DNA of 50,520 nt, filler included, from Basidioascus undulatus (lineage: Eukaryota): NCBI GenBank assembly GCA_000826855.1. It is 3 parts of 3 records of this genome, joined end to end, with 100 filler letters (N's around TTAATTAATTAA, not from the genome) between each part and the next. Parts side by side here need not be neighbours in the genome. Positions count along the whole stretch, not along the records: positions 33,756 to 50,520 come from JTLS01000570.1; 2 more parts are not named here. One strand, written 5' to 3'. Below are positions 36,553 through 50,520 of this stretch, piece after piece. Numbering within the stretch: position 1 is the first letter of the stretch; each line of letters opens with the position of its first letter. A model generated the notes under the pieces. That model made no database searches. It had not been told where the DNA came from and saw only the letters and a program-made list of their open reading frames with translations. The translations under genes and the position numbers were made by a program.

Positions 36553-37064
36553 AACCCTTAGGCCTTGCGAAGCCTTGGGCGTCCTTTGGTTTCAGATTAG
36601 GCCTCAGAGATCAAAGCAATCTGTGATTTTTGCCATGGTGATAAGGAACAGTGCACGGGTAGGAAGCATCTGAGTGGCAGGAACGGCAGAGACATTCACG
36701 AAATCCCTACCGGCGTTTTGCAGGGCGTCCCAAGCCTTACCGCCCATTCCAAGTTACCAGCAGAGCTGAGAGTGTCAAAGCAGGAGGATAATTGATGGAG
36801 TCTTGGTCGTGCAGAGCCTCAATTATATAGCTTACGTTTTCAAAATTAGCACGCGGCTGCGGGGTACAGTATGCAAAACTTTCATCACTTTCAGTCCGTT
36901 TTCACCAAAACGCCCGGGCTCTGCCCGTCCGACCGACTGTGCCTAGGATTCAAGAGCATGACTAAATGCTATATTGGTGGCGACAGGATAGGTAACAGTG
37001 AGTGTGCAACCCGAAAGCGCGAGCCCGATGTAAGATATAAGACACCCATAATTCATTGATATTG

Positions 37065-38560
37065 TCATTTCTTAACAGGTCTGTAGTACGTGACTCCCCT
37101 GCACCGCTCATACACTCTTTCGGCGAAGTCGGCCTTTTCCAGCAAGTCGTCGTTCGGAATCCCCCTCTCGGCGAGCAGCTGCCGCAACTCCTTCGCCGAC
37201 TTTTTCATCAACTCCTCCATGCTCTCCTCGACAGGCGGAACGGCCACTTGCTGTACTGCCCTCGCCTCTTGATCCGACTGTCGCTCGAGACTGTGCAATC
37301 TCTGCTCTCAGTCGTGCTCGCTGTTAGAGAAACAGTTTAGGGACGCACTCGGCGATCAGGTCGCGGGGAGGAGGAATCTCTTCGCCGAGCTTTCTCACAC
37401 GATTGAGTACTGAGCTTAGCCCATATGGGGTAGTGGAGTTGGAAGAGCTCACCAGCTCCATCACGCCCCGCATAACGTCGTCTGTCTTCGCGCCGATGCG
37501 GAGCCGTGCTACATCGTCGAGCGGCGTACGTTGCAAGTTGACCATGACCAAAGGTTTGCCCCGCTTGGCGACAGAGAGTGGCATTTCACAAGCAGGAGAA
37601 ACCCGCATCGACGATCCTGAGATTAACAATCAACCGCAAGTCTGAAGCTGCCCTGAAGAGGAGCCGAACTCACCCAGAACAATAGCCAAGTCCGCTCGAG
37701 CCGAGTTTTCGAAACCTGCTCGCAGGTCATCGCCCGGCAAGCTCTCGCCGAACTGTTTATCGCCGGAGTGTTCGTCCGCCTAAGCGGCTACAAGGCCACG
37801 GAGAAACAAATTGAACCGCACATTGACTATGGTGTCTTGCAGCATCCCATTGCACTTGGGGCACCGCCGGCCGGTCTAAAGATGTAACGGCCAGACGTAA
37901 GCCAGCACTTCACACAGTACTCAAGTAAGATTAAGAGGGGCACATCATGCTCGTGCACCCCGTGAGCGTTGCGGACGCTGTAGGCGCGGTAGACCTTGTG
38001 GGCGCAGTAGCCACAACGCTCCATGTTGGTGTTGCCGTGCAGCTCGGCGACGCACGAGCCTGGAATGCCCGATCGTACGTGGAGGCCATCGGTGTTCTAA
38101 GATGACCAACTCAATCAACCGTATAATTCTTTCCTGTCTGCCTGACTCTGAAAGATCAACGGCTTACCTGTGAAACAAGAAAACCAAGCTTCCCCAGCTC
38201 CTGCAGCTTGACGAGAGCCATGTGGGTAGGCGTAGGCTGGAGAGGTCCCCGAACACGACTCGGAGCGGACATGCCCTTGGCACGCATTGTCCAGACTCCC
38301 TGAGGACCGCGAAAGTCGGGTATACCCGCGCTGGGCAAAGATCCAAGGAAATCAGACCAGGAAACTGTGTTCGAGGATGTGCAAGGAAGTCCCGCCGACT
38401 GGTCTGGAACGAAGACGCACCTCGTGGAGATGCCCGCTCCGGTATAAGCAACCATATAGTTGCTGTTGCGAATCAGGTCCGCGAGCTGCTTGATCTTGCG
38501 TTGGACCACATCGGGCGGGTCTGGGTATTCGTTGACGTCGTCAGGCACCGTACTAGCCAT
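37065..38560 (-). CDS. NAD-dependent deacylase, class IV (SIRT6/7-like) sirtuin with C-terminal SAP/HeH-like extension
   Basis: YTGAGIST|SAGIPDFRGPQGVWT, PTPTHMALVKL, VSQ|NTDGLHVRSG, AELHGN, CxxC..CxxC zinc site, DTIVNFGESLP, VLGSSMRVSPA, VNLQRTPLD. The frame of the last exon junction is uncertain. Confidence 0.92.
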
Positions 38561-39351
38561 GTCGGAGAGTTGTGCGTTGTTAAGAGAAGGAAAGATGAAG
38601 AGAGAAGGGGTACCTACCCTCAAAGGATTTGGTCACCATCAGCACGAACCACGGTGGGTTAAGCTGAACCATTGATGATTCTAGAAGAGTCGGGAAAGTT
38701 CTGACAGTTTGCAGACTCAACCTGTAAACAACGCCATACACGATGACGGGAGTGAGTTCATTGCGAGAACAGACGGGACAGTAGCAGCTCGGCGCGGGCC
38801 AACGACAGTCCGCATTGTACCTCTCCGTCAATTGGTCATCATAGTGATCCATCAAAGCATTTCATACCTGAACACAATCGGAGGAATTGTTATCTAAGCA
38901 GATTTGCGTACCATCCTGGGGTTCTGCACTGGTCGGTCCCGGTCGTATGTTGTGCCAAGTTAACTGGCGGCACGCGAAACAACCGTGGTTCAATGCCGAC
39001 TATGTGCAATGGATCCTTGTTCCTTGGCCGACATGCATGAATGGGAAGTGTTGTCGGTCTGCAAGCGATAGACTGACGATAGATGCAAGCAATCCTAAAT
39101 GCAGGAATCCTGCATGCTGAATTCTGGCGACCTTTCGTCGAAGGTTGAGATGTGTGTGCGACACTCAACTTGAGGGTCGGCTGCACGCATGCAGAATCGC
39201 AATCGCAACAAAGATGACTTCAACACAATAATTAAAAGGTTTAAGGACAATAAGCTTTAGATCAACACAGAACTGCCTTCGCGATAACCTCGTCCAGAAT
39301 ACGTCTAAAAGGTCCGTCAACAAGTAGTGTGCCTGTTTCCTCCTCATTCCG

Positions 39352-41080
39352 TCACCGAGTCCACCCCAAGCGGCTGCATGCTTTCGTTAGCTCGAACTGG
39401 TCCACGATGGCCCACCCGACCGTCCTGCCCCGCCGCAGCATCTCATCCCGCCAGAACTGGCCGCGGACGTTGGTGCGGTGGTCGCGGTACCCGTGGACGA
39501 AGCCGTCGTCGCGCGGTGGCGCAGCAGGGTGCGTAAGAAGGACGAGCAAGAGCTCGCCTGAGGGCGGAGGCAGGCAGGCGTGGCGAAGATGGGAGAGATG
39601 TGAGAGGTAGGACGAGAGAAGGTTGAAGTAGAAGGAGGTGGTGTGGGCGACGGCTGCGTGGGCGGACTGAGGCGCGGAGCGGGGCCATATTATAGATAAG
39701 CAGGGATGAGAAGCGGGAGATGAAAGGCACGCACGAGCTGACGACGAGCGAGTCAACATCTTCGACGTCGGCACAGGTGTAGTTGACCAGGTCGGCCGCC
39801 TCGGATCCCTTTTCCCGAAAGAGAGGTCTGAACATGAGGGCTTCTTCAGCTATTCAAGATTGCGCACCAGACGTAGTTGAAGTCCGCACGCCCGATTAAG
39901 TGTTGCTGCGTGTCGACTTTTTGCTGTGGACGCTGAACGCACTCTATCAGCCGACTTGATCGTGCCCATGAACGGTCTGATTGAAAAGGAGGAGCGGGAA
40001 AGGGACGTACCGTGTGGTAATTTGTTTCGCCCTGTGAGCGGTAGACCATGCTCTCGTAGGCGACCCGCCCGTGAGAATCCCCCGCGAAAAGAATCTTCTG
40101 TCTCCTATTCGTGCATGACGAATGGTCCCCGGACCTCAGGCCCGCGTGATCCCACTCGCACCCCTCGGGCACGAAGTGGTACTGTCCCGCGGTAGGCACG
40201 CCGCGGGGCTGCGGCAAGCCGCCGTAGCGCGGGTCGACCACGTCGAGCCAGTGGGCGGGACGAACGCGCCCCGTATTGGGTCTGTGCCGGAGCATGCAGG
40301 TAGGGGGAAGAGCTGCGCGGAAGGGAGGGTAGGAGGATAGGGCGCGGAAAGGTAGGAGGTGTTGGCGCCCAGCGGAGGTAGGCGGTGGATAGGGCAGACG
40401 GAAGGGCAGATGGAGAGTGTAGCGGGTAGAGCGAGGAGTGGTTCGCGGCGCAGAGTTGGCCATCCTTTGTCGGTTTCCGAGAACGATTTGTGTGGTTCTA
40501 AGTTAACATGTTTGGTCAGCTTCCATGTGCACGAGAAAGGCGGGCTGCTCGGACGTACCTCGTACAGCCACCAAACCTGCAAGTAAACATCCCCAGCGTT
40601 CTGTAACTGCACGTCGTAGCGGTACGTGCACTCACCCTCGTACACCGCCCACTAGGTCCGCCCCTTCCGTCCGAACCAAGAGAGTGTCCGGCCCGCGCTC
40701 CTCGCGCATGAACGCGTTCATCTCCGCGCCTTCTCCCTCGAAAGGATCCGGAGATCCCCCCTCCGCCTCGAAGCAGCCGTGAACACGGGCGATGCGACGT
40801 TGCAGCGCGAAGGGTCGTGGCAGACCGAGAGCGTGAAGTTGGGGTTGGTCGAGGGGAGCGAGTGGCATGTGTGCGTGATTTCGGATGGGAGCAGGCGGGG
40901 GAGGAGTGGAGAAGGACAGGAGGTGACGGAGAGAGGGTAATTTGAGGCTGGCAGTATGAGAGATGGGAGATGTCCTTTGAGGGAGGGCGGAGGGAACAGG
41001 ATGAGAAGAGATGCGAAGACGAAGGTGAGAACGAGCGTCGGGTAGAGGAACGGATGTGAGTTCTTGGGCGGCATGTGCAT
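39352..41080 (-). pseudogene. Type II membrane GDS-motif (SGNH/PC-esterase/NXPE-like) protein, frameshifted
   Basis: TM segment LYPTLVLTFVFASLLILF, Cys-rich stem, GPDTLLVRTEG, CTYRYDVQLQNAGDVYLQVWW, FVPEGCEW, KILFAGDSHGR, DHRTNVR..IVDQFELT. At least three frame changes are not explained by introns. Confidence 0.6.
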
Positions 41081-41623
41081 GATGAACCGCTTTGAAGAGA
41101 TGTCTAGGAATAAATATAGAGTGTTCCCGTAAGCCATGAGGCAGTCCACAGCCCTGAACCAGTGAACCTGCCACAGCAGCCCATCGAGCCCCCTCTCCTT
41201 TCCGCCCTCCTCCGGATCCCAGAACCACGGCACCCCGAGCTCGCGCTCCTCCGCACGTACGTTCTCTTCCATCCTCGAGCTCAAGAAGGATATGTTTCCC
41301 CGGTCTTCGATGAGGAAGTCCTGCGGCGCGTCGCGGACCTGCATGTCGGTCGCAACGAGACAGATGACGGTCGGCTCCGCGACGCCCGCCCCCAGCTCGT
41401 GTTGAGTTCGCTCGTCCGCTATGGGGCATCCGTGCCGATCGATGTGGTCGAGGCCCTTCGGGAAGACCTTTAAGGGGCTGGCGCCTTCGAGAGACGGGTC
41501 GAAGGGGATCAGAGTGAAGAAGTCGAACTCAAATGAGTTAATCATGGTGAGCAGGCGATTGAGCGCTGTAGAGGAGAGGGGTACGGTGAGGAAGAGGGGC
41601 CACGGATCGTTGTCCGACATCAT
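41081..41623 (-). CDS. Unidentified globular-looking domain, in frame with the downstream GDS protein
   Basis: MSDNDPWPLFLTVPLSSTALNRLL..WFWDPEE..WQVHWFRAVDCLMAYGN, about 180 aa with no stop. Confidence 0.45.
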
Positions 41624-41885
41624 GGCTGATTTGGACTAATTCTAGGCAGACATCGACAAGTTTGGGGAAGAGAGTAGGCATCCTTGCGGAAGAAGCGAAG
41701 ATGACGTCGCGAAATGCAACCAATAGTGTTTAAAGCATACAGTTGACTGATGCAGAGCATAGACCAGTATCATATATGAAGTACTAAAATATTGAAGAGA
41801 AGGGATTTCCGGCACCAGAGGGAAGCTCAGCCCAATGTAAGTCAGTGGGAGAAGGCCCTGCCAGCCTTTCAGGCCTTCTTCCTCA

Positions 41886-42608
41886 TCACAGTCGCTCATA
41901 CAGACGTCGCAAGACCATTTTCCTGGAGGAACATAAGCTCATAGAATGCCTCCCCCCGGCAGGAACCACCTCGACCACTTCCCTCCCTTTGCCCACTTGT
42001 TCCACTCCTTCTTCCCACCGCCCTTCCTCCACCTCTCCCTCCGTACTCCAAGTCCAGGCACATTCTCCACCGGCAACCAGTCCTCCACGCCAACTTCCAC
42101 CTTCCCTATCCTCTCCCCGACCCAAGGCTCATATGAGGGCGGAACGAGCCGAACCTGCACGGGCAGCGACGAATGTCGCCTCGGCACTGGCGGCTGTCGC
42201 AGCCGCTCAGGCGGACGGAGAATCGACGTGCAGGGCACTGCGGACCACCGGATCTTCGGTTCGAGACCGAGCGCGTAGGACGATAGTCGGGGTGGGGGTG
42301 AAACTCCCCACGGTAGGTCTTTGGCGATGCGGAGTCTGTCAGAGAGATACGTTCGGGATGGCGACAGGGAGAGAGCGCGAGGCCAACGGGGAGTCGTCGC
42401 GCGAGCCGGTATGGGAGGGGCGCTCTGGCGCCTCGGAGGTGGGATCGGGAAGAGATGGGAAGGGATTGGTGACTCGGGTCGCGCGGAGGAGAGCGATGGT
42501 GTAGGTGAAGGGGATCTTTGGACGTCGGAGCGAAAAGCGGAAGTTGATGTGGGTGGTAGAGAGCGGCGTCGTTCGCGTCCGACTGCACCGCGTAACCACT
42601 GGTCTCAT
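41886..42608 (-). pseudogene. Decayed Ser/Pro/Glu-rich ORF
   Basis: One frame appears to run through ORFs 42339-42608 and 41886-42125 with several isolated TGA stops. No family recognised. Confidence 0.3.
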
Positions 42609-43792
42609 CCGAGAATGTTAGCCTAAGTGTTGAACTCGTCTATTCCATTAAAAATATGATTTTAGACGTACGTCTACTTCTCGCAGTATTGGGCGCCTGA
42701 GAACAGGTCCGTCTTCCTTTCCCCTCGCTATGTCCAACGACTCGGCACTGCTGCCCCACGTCCCACAGCTGGGCGTGTAGATCTCGCCGTACGGCGGTGA
42801 CCTCGGCCTCGGAAGGTGAATTGAGCGTAAGCGTGAAACATGAAGTTCGTCGTCGTTGTCCTCAAAGTCCGAGTCCGAGCCGTTTCGTAAAGGAACCATA
42901 GGGGATCGAGATTGACGACGCAGCGTGGGAGGGAAGATGAAGGTGCAAGCGCATAATGAGCTGAGGAAGAGGAAGATGGAGGATCTCTTGGAGTGTGCAG
43001 TTCATCAACTGAGCCAGGCGCCACGAGCGTCCCCAGCCATGCGGAATGGTGCGTTAGTGACCTGCCAAGGAGGCTCGTGGGCGACATAGGTGCGGCCTGT
43101 GCCTTAAGAAGCCGGGATGCCTCAATGATGACAGCGTGTCCACGACCAGCGTCATTCATATTCTAGGAGGCGCCGGAAGAAGCGAGTGCGTGGAGCTTGA
43201 GGAAGGTCAAACTAAGTTGAAGGGGCTCGAGACACCCGGTCAGGTTGACGAGAACTCAGGTGGTTTGGCAAGGAAGGCCAACTTTTACCAGGTCATTCTT
43301 ATGCGATGGACCCATATTTGGGGGTTTAAAATTCTATTGATCGACGTGTACACGAGCTCGGGCATTCAACACAAAAGATAAGGTGGTCAACCGGCGGCAG
43401 ACTGGCGTCAGCCCGCACTCGACGCACGATGCAGATCACGACGCTTTCACTTCCTGACGTTCACAAAATCGCACGTTTCTGGAACATCAGCTTCATCGAC
43501 GGTTCTCGAAGAGTATGAGCCTGACGCTTGCGCCTCAGTCGCGCCTCCGCAAGCTCGCAAATGCGAGACTGCAAAGCCATCGGTTCAGCACACAAACGCC
43601 CGAAGCATGCCACCAGCCCGCACCGTAGGGAAGGTGTAGAAGAATGCAATGCAGGAGGCAAAATAACAGGAAGACCATAAGAGAGGGTATACGACAAGCC
43701 ACCAAAGCGCACTGAAACTTCGAAGTCCCTAGTAATATGTATGCAAGTCCGTTAGCCAAAAGTAAGCGAAAACTCCAAGCAAGTCCGTCCGA

Positions 43793-46075
<2,283 letters not shown>

Positions 46076-46242
46076 TTATGTGCAGAGATGGGTGGATGGA
46101 AAATGTGCTGGTTTTTATTATATTGTAAATGAGAGGAGGAAGCAGGCGACAAGGAGGAGGAAGATGAGACAGGAAGACGCGAACCCGCGATCAGCCCATC
46201 TTGAGCGGCTTCTCCCCGCGAAGCTCAAGCCTCTGGATCGCA

Positions 46243-46252
46243 ATCACGTGAC
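46243..46252. promoter_or_regulatory. E-box ATCACGTGAC, candidate SREBP/bHLH site upstream of ERG1
   Basis: Palindromic TCACGTGA about 225 nt upstream of the ERG1 ATG. Confidence 0.35.
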
Positions 46253-46499
46253 AACTCTTCTATCCACTCCTTTCGGGGCGCATCACAGCCCAAAAGTCCA
46301 TGAGTCGATTAAATATCAAAAAGCTAATCTACTACCCCTCAAAAGAACGACAGCACGCAATCACAGACTCAGAATAGCGCCCAGCACAGTCACCCCGCCC
46401 AGAGCCGCTGCGCCGGACGCAGTCTGTGGTCCCCCGGCCCCCGTCAGCGTCAGCGGTCGCCGGACCGAGAATGGGAGAAGGCGGAGGAGAAGACACACC

Positions 46500-47954
46500 T
46501 TGCTGTCGAGGTAGAAGAACGGCGGCGTCATGAACGCGCACGTGACGGCCGTGATGAGAGGACGCCAAAGCTCACGCCGGGCAGCTCGTCGTAGATGATG
46601 GGGAGGAAGACGCGCGTGGCGAGGGCGAACTGCGATGCAAACCGGGCGTAAGTATATTACTGAATGAGCGGAGGGAAGGAGACAAGGCGAGGAGGTGGGG
46701 AAGGATATGCACGATGGGCAGCGACTGGAAGAGCAGCGAGATGAGCCAGGCTTGGCCGTGCTTTGGCGTTGTGGACCGCGTGAGAAAGAGCCAGATCGAG
46801 TGCAGGAGGAGAGGGCGGGGTGTGAGGCTGCGAATCGGTACTACATCAGCTCTGTCTCTCACAAGCCGAAACACGAAGCAACGCACCCGGACAACAGTCC
46901 AATCGGCCCCTCAAACCGCCCCTTCTTCGACAAATAATCCACGCCACCCTCCCTTCCTCCCCGCCTTCCGCGAAAAGACGGTACAGCGTGAGGCTGAGGA
47001 CGTTCACTGTCCCTGCGGTCGCGCGCCGGTGCTCGTGCCAATCGTCGATGTAGGAGGTTGTGTTGGACCAGTCGTCGAGGATCGCGGGCTCGCCGGGGTG
47101 AAGGGGGGCTAGGGGGACGAGCGCGCCTGTGGTGGAAGGGAAGGGAGAGGGGGTTAGTGAAAGGGGTGTGGGAAGGAGGGAAGGGGCGCACGGGAAAGGA
47201 GGACCACGTCGTTGAGGGCGACGGTCATTCCGCGCTGGTGAGCTGTCCCCCAAGTATCAGCACACGAGAACACCTCTATCAGGGAAAGAAGGGGGGAATC
47301 AGAAGTGAGGACGAAGGACGCACAGGATGCCGCATGTTGTAGCTGTCGCCCAAGAGGACAACACCCTCCTTCCCGCCGCGCGCGGCGGGAGGCAGGAACT
47401 GGTTCGGCATCACGCGCGGCGTCTGCTTCTCCTCTTCTAGCGCGTGACGGAGCGCCGCTTGTGCGGAGGGCGGGAGGGTTGGGAGGGTGTTTTGGAGGAG
47501 GTGATTCTGCGTGTGGGCTTCGTTATGCAGGGATGGGGAGAGAAAGAAAAGAAGGTAGGGGGGATGAAGCAGAACGAAAGACGCACCTTCAGTTTCTCCG
47601 CACCCTCCGTTCTCTGCCCCCTAGAGCGCGTAGCCGTGCACGGGCTTGGCGTCGATGGAGCGGAGGGCATGAGGCCCAGGTGAAGGAGAGAGGACAGACC
47701 GGCGGGTTGGAGCAGCTGCGAGGGGGCGGGGAGGGTGAGTGCGGTGGAAAGGCAAGGGGGAGAAGGGAGGGACGAACTTCGCCGATGATCGTGTTCCGCT
47801 CGGACCAGTCCCGCTCGAGCAGCGCAACACGCGACTTCTGCTGTGCGAGCGCATACGCGAGCGATGTGCCTGCGACCCCAGCGCCAACGATGATCACGTC
47901 TAATGGGTCCGGCGAGGCTGACTGAGTCTCAGGAGCCGGGGCGGGGGCGGACAT
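46500..47954 (-). pseudogene. Second squalene epoxidase paralog, degenerate and internally deleted
   Basis: DVIIVGAGVAG..LLERDWSERNTIIGE|LLQPAG, frameshift, SIDAKPVHGYAL*, later DWHEHRRATAGTVNVLSLTLYRLFA and EGPIGLLSG. Central catalytic exons are not visible. The 3' end is approximate. Confidence 0.85.
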
Positions 47955-48655
47955 GGTGTGTCAAATGGGGTGTTGAGGAGCGAGGGAGCGAGAGAGCAAG
48001 GTTATGTGCGAGGAGAGATGGGAGGGACATGGCCTGAGATTGGACGGATCGAACGAAGGGTTAGCAGGACTGGGTATGAGAAGGAAACGGAAGGAAGGCA
48101 GGATGGCGAAGATGCGGGATGAGCATGGAGAGGAAGACGTCGAAGCCGCTTCGGCGCTTCCACGCGACGAGAACGCATCGGGTCGCGATGCGGGAGGTCG
48201 CGGTATCGATCGTAGACTTTCAGTCTTTCTGAAGAAGTCTGTATTCACTCTCAACAGTTCTGGAGTACATCAGAAAAATTTCGCCCACCTGACACTTTCG
48301 CTTGATGTATACGACTCTTGCACTGGTGGACACTGCCCGGTTTGCCCTGGCGCAACCTGGTTCATCTCCCAATGTCTGCAGTTGAAGATACAGGCTGGGG
48401 TACCAGAAACCTTGACCAAACGTCTTAACTCTCTCGGAAGGGCCTAGCAAGATGGTGGAATGCCTTTGTTGAGGGCATCGGGCGGGCAAGACTACCCGGG
48501 GTTGGCACTTGGAGAAAGTAGGCTGGGCTGAAGGGACGAGGGGACTTGGGCTTATCGCAACGTCCTTAACTGGACACTCGGACACTCTTTTCGCATGTTT
48601 TCCCCCACCATCATCGTCTGCTCTTCTTCGCCCTCCGCTTCTTCGCTTCAGTGTG

Positions 48656-48828
48656 GACCGTAAATCTCGACTGAGGACGCACCTTTTCTGTGTCAAACAC
48701 ATATTTTGTTCCCTTCTGACATTCTTCGCACACTCTAGCTAGCTTTCGTTCTTTAACAGGTCCGGAGACCTTTGCATGCATCATAGTCGACCGTACATCT
48801 CGACTGAGCTAGCTTTCGTTTTTAACAG
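48656..48828 (+). repeat. Local duplication of about 40 bp; the first copy is interrupted by a 63-nt insert
   Basis: gaccgtaaatctcgactgag[48676-48738]ctagctttcgttctttaacag versus gaccgtacatctcgactgagctagctttcgtttttaacag (48789-48828). Confidence 0.85.
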
Positions 48829-50520
48829 CACTGACAGTCTCAAGAAAACTTTATTTCGGTAGTAGTAGCCAAACGCTAGAGCTACCCAGCAAGGAGATTC
48901 AATCAAGGATGAACTATTGAATCGACCAGGGCGGTCTTCTTCCTAGGTCTGAGCTGCAACGCCAGGTGACGGACCCAAAGAAGATGTTCAATCTGCCAGC
49001 TGGCGACATTATCGAATGTGCATGCCGTTCCCTTGTCGGCACGCCATATTTTCGTTTCTTATTTGGTGCTCGTTCTTTAGTGTCGGCCAACCAGGAGCGT
49101 CTTGTCTTTTTCCGAGAGGCCGGTGTTGCCGCCACCGACAGGCTGCAGCGGCTCCGAAGCCAACATCTCGAAGCGGCCCTCTGTACCCACGTCTCTCCCT
49201 TGGGATGGCTTTCTGGATGATCCAGCGTGTCTGGAAGATCTTTTTTGTCCAATAAAGCATTGTGTCCTTGGAAAGAGCCACTTGAGATGCGCGTCCGCGA
49301 AAGATGGCGGGCACTGCTTTACGGAGTGTACGCAGCAGCGCAGCTTATGGTACACGAAAAGCTTCCCGAGAAACTATAGATGCATAATTCAAGTACAATT
49401 GTACGACAACCCCCAGTGCCGAAGTGAATTCACAGTCAGGCACGCTGCGCCTGCGAGTGCAGTATCAACCCCACCAGTGCGGGGCTGTTGAAAGTCTAGC
49501 ACGAAACATCCCATGTTCGTCCCGATATGGGCGGTTATCAAGTAAATGTAATGGTTCAAAGCGTTGTTCGGTCAATGGTAAACGTCGGGGGAATGGGAAG
49601 GCGAAGGGTGGGTGGCATAGAAGGCGAAGGGACGAGAGGAGGGGCTGGCAGAAGAACGGGAAGAAGAGGGCGAGGGGCGATGAGGAGGAGAAGGATGAGA
49701 GGGGGCAGAGGATGGCCTGAGAAGGTCCTGGAAGAAGAGGAAAACTGGCTGAGGCTGGGTCAGCCGCTCGGTGGTTGATGCGCTGCTTCCTGCAGGCGTC
49801 GCGGGGGGGGGACCTTGGGCGACTATGCTGTGGCTTCTTGGGTGGACGTCGGACGTTGCTGTATCTTTTACATTTCTTGAAATTGAGCAACGGATTAGTG
49901 ACTGTCCCTTCGCCTGCTTGGGCTGCGTGATGGGCCTGTGCGCTCTGTCCGATCCAAACGAAGTTCCTGCCTCCATGCCGGCGAGAGCTGGCTCCTCGGC
50001 TCCGCATGATTAAGTGCACTGCCGTGGATAAGACAACGGCCTTACTTCGCCGCTGACGTGGAAGTGAGAACTACCGTCAGTGGGGTTGCAGTTACTGTAA
50101 AGCGGACTGAAATCGTCAGCAATTTGAAGGTCGCAGCAAACTTGCGCAAGCTTTCTCAACGAGACCTGAAAGTAGGTGGACATGCTGTAGTGTCAGCCCG
50201 ACTCGCTTTAAACGGATGTATTCTTACCGAGAGGAACAGTGAAGGCTCCGCTGTGCATGTGCACTGGAAAGCGCATGCACTGCGCAGTATCGTAAGCATG
50301 CCGGACCGTGATCAGCAAACGCAACATGCCGAAAATAGAGATGGCCCTCTGGTGGGTTTTCGCGCGTTCCGAAAACAGTGCGGTGGAGAGATATTCGATT
50401 GCTCATAGCTGTTTCGCGGCCCGAAGGTGAAGGCATGCCTTCCCCTTGAACGAGCAGGCCAAGTGCATATGGTCCACATCGCTGCATGTTGTGTATATGA
50501 AGTAAACTAGTGAAGCTGGG

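Noticed and set aside
48914..50520. Short ORFs at the window end
   Set aside because: No family motif or convincing exon chain.

Overview
Intron-rich, GC-rich fungal DNA, most likely basidiomycete (short GT-AG introns with CTRAC branch points, a hydrophobin, Con-6-like and F-box genes). Two 100-nt N/TTAATTAATTAA scaffold spacers interrupt it. Recognisable genes: TAF6 (partial), an atypical hydrophobin, AIM24, RNR1 with an MCB-rich promoter, an ACS-family MFS transporter, a Con-6-like protein, eIF3i (partial), SNF8/VPS22, a Pro/Ser-rich protein, an adjacent VOC/glyoxalase + glutaredoxin + MAPEG trio, an alpha/beta hydrolase (partial), a class IV sirtuin with an extra SAP-like tail, and squalene epoxidase ERG1. 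The right half holds many decayed genes: two tandem secreted SGNH esterase copies, two F-box genes, a GDS-motif membrane protein and a second ERG1 copy. Several isolated frameshifts sit in short homopolymers and may be sequencing errors. All exon structures were spliced by eye and no database search was run. I found no clear transposon, tRNA, rRNA or CRISPR, and no unambiguous new system. The best leads are the hydrophobin, the glutathione-related trio and the sirtuin fusion.
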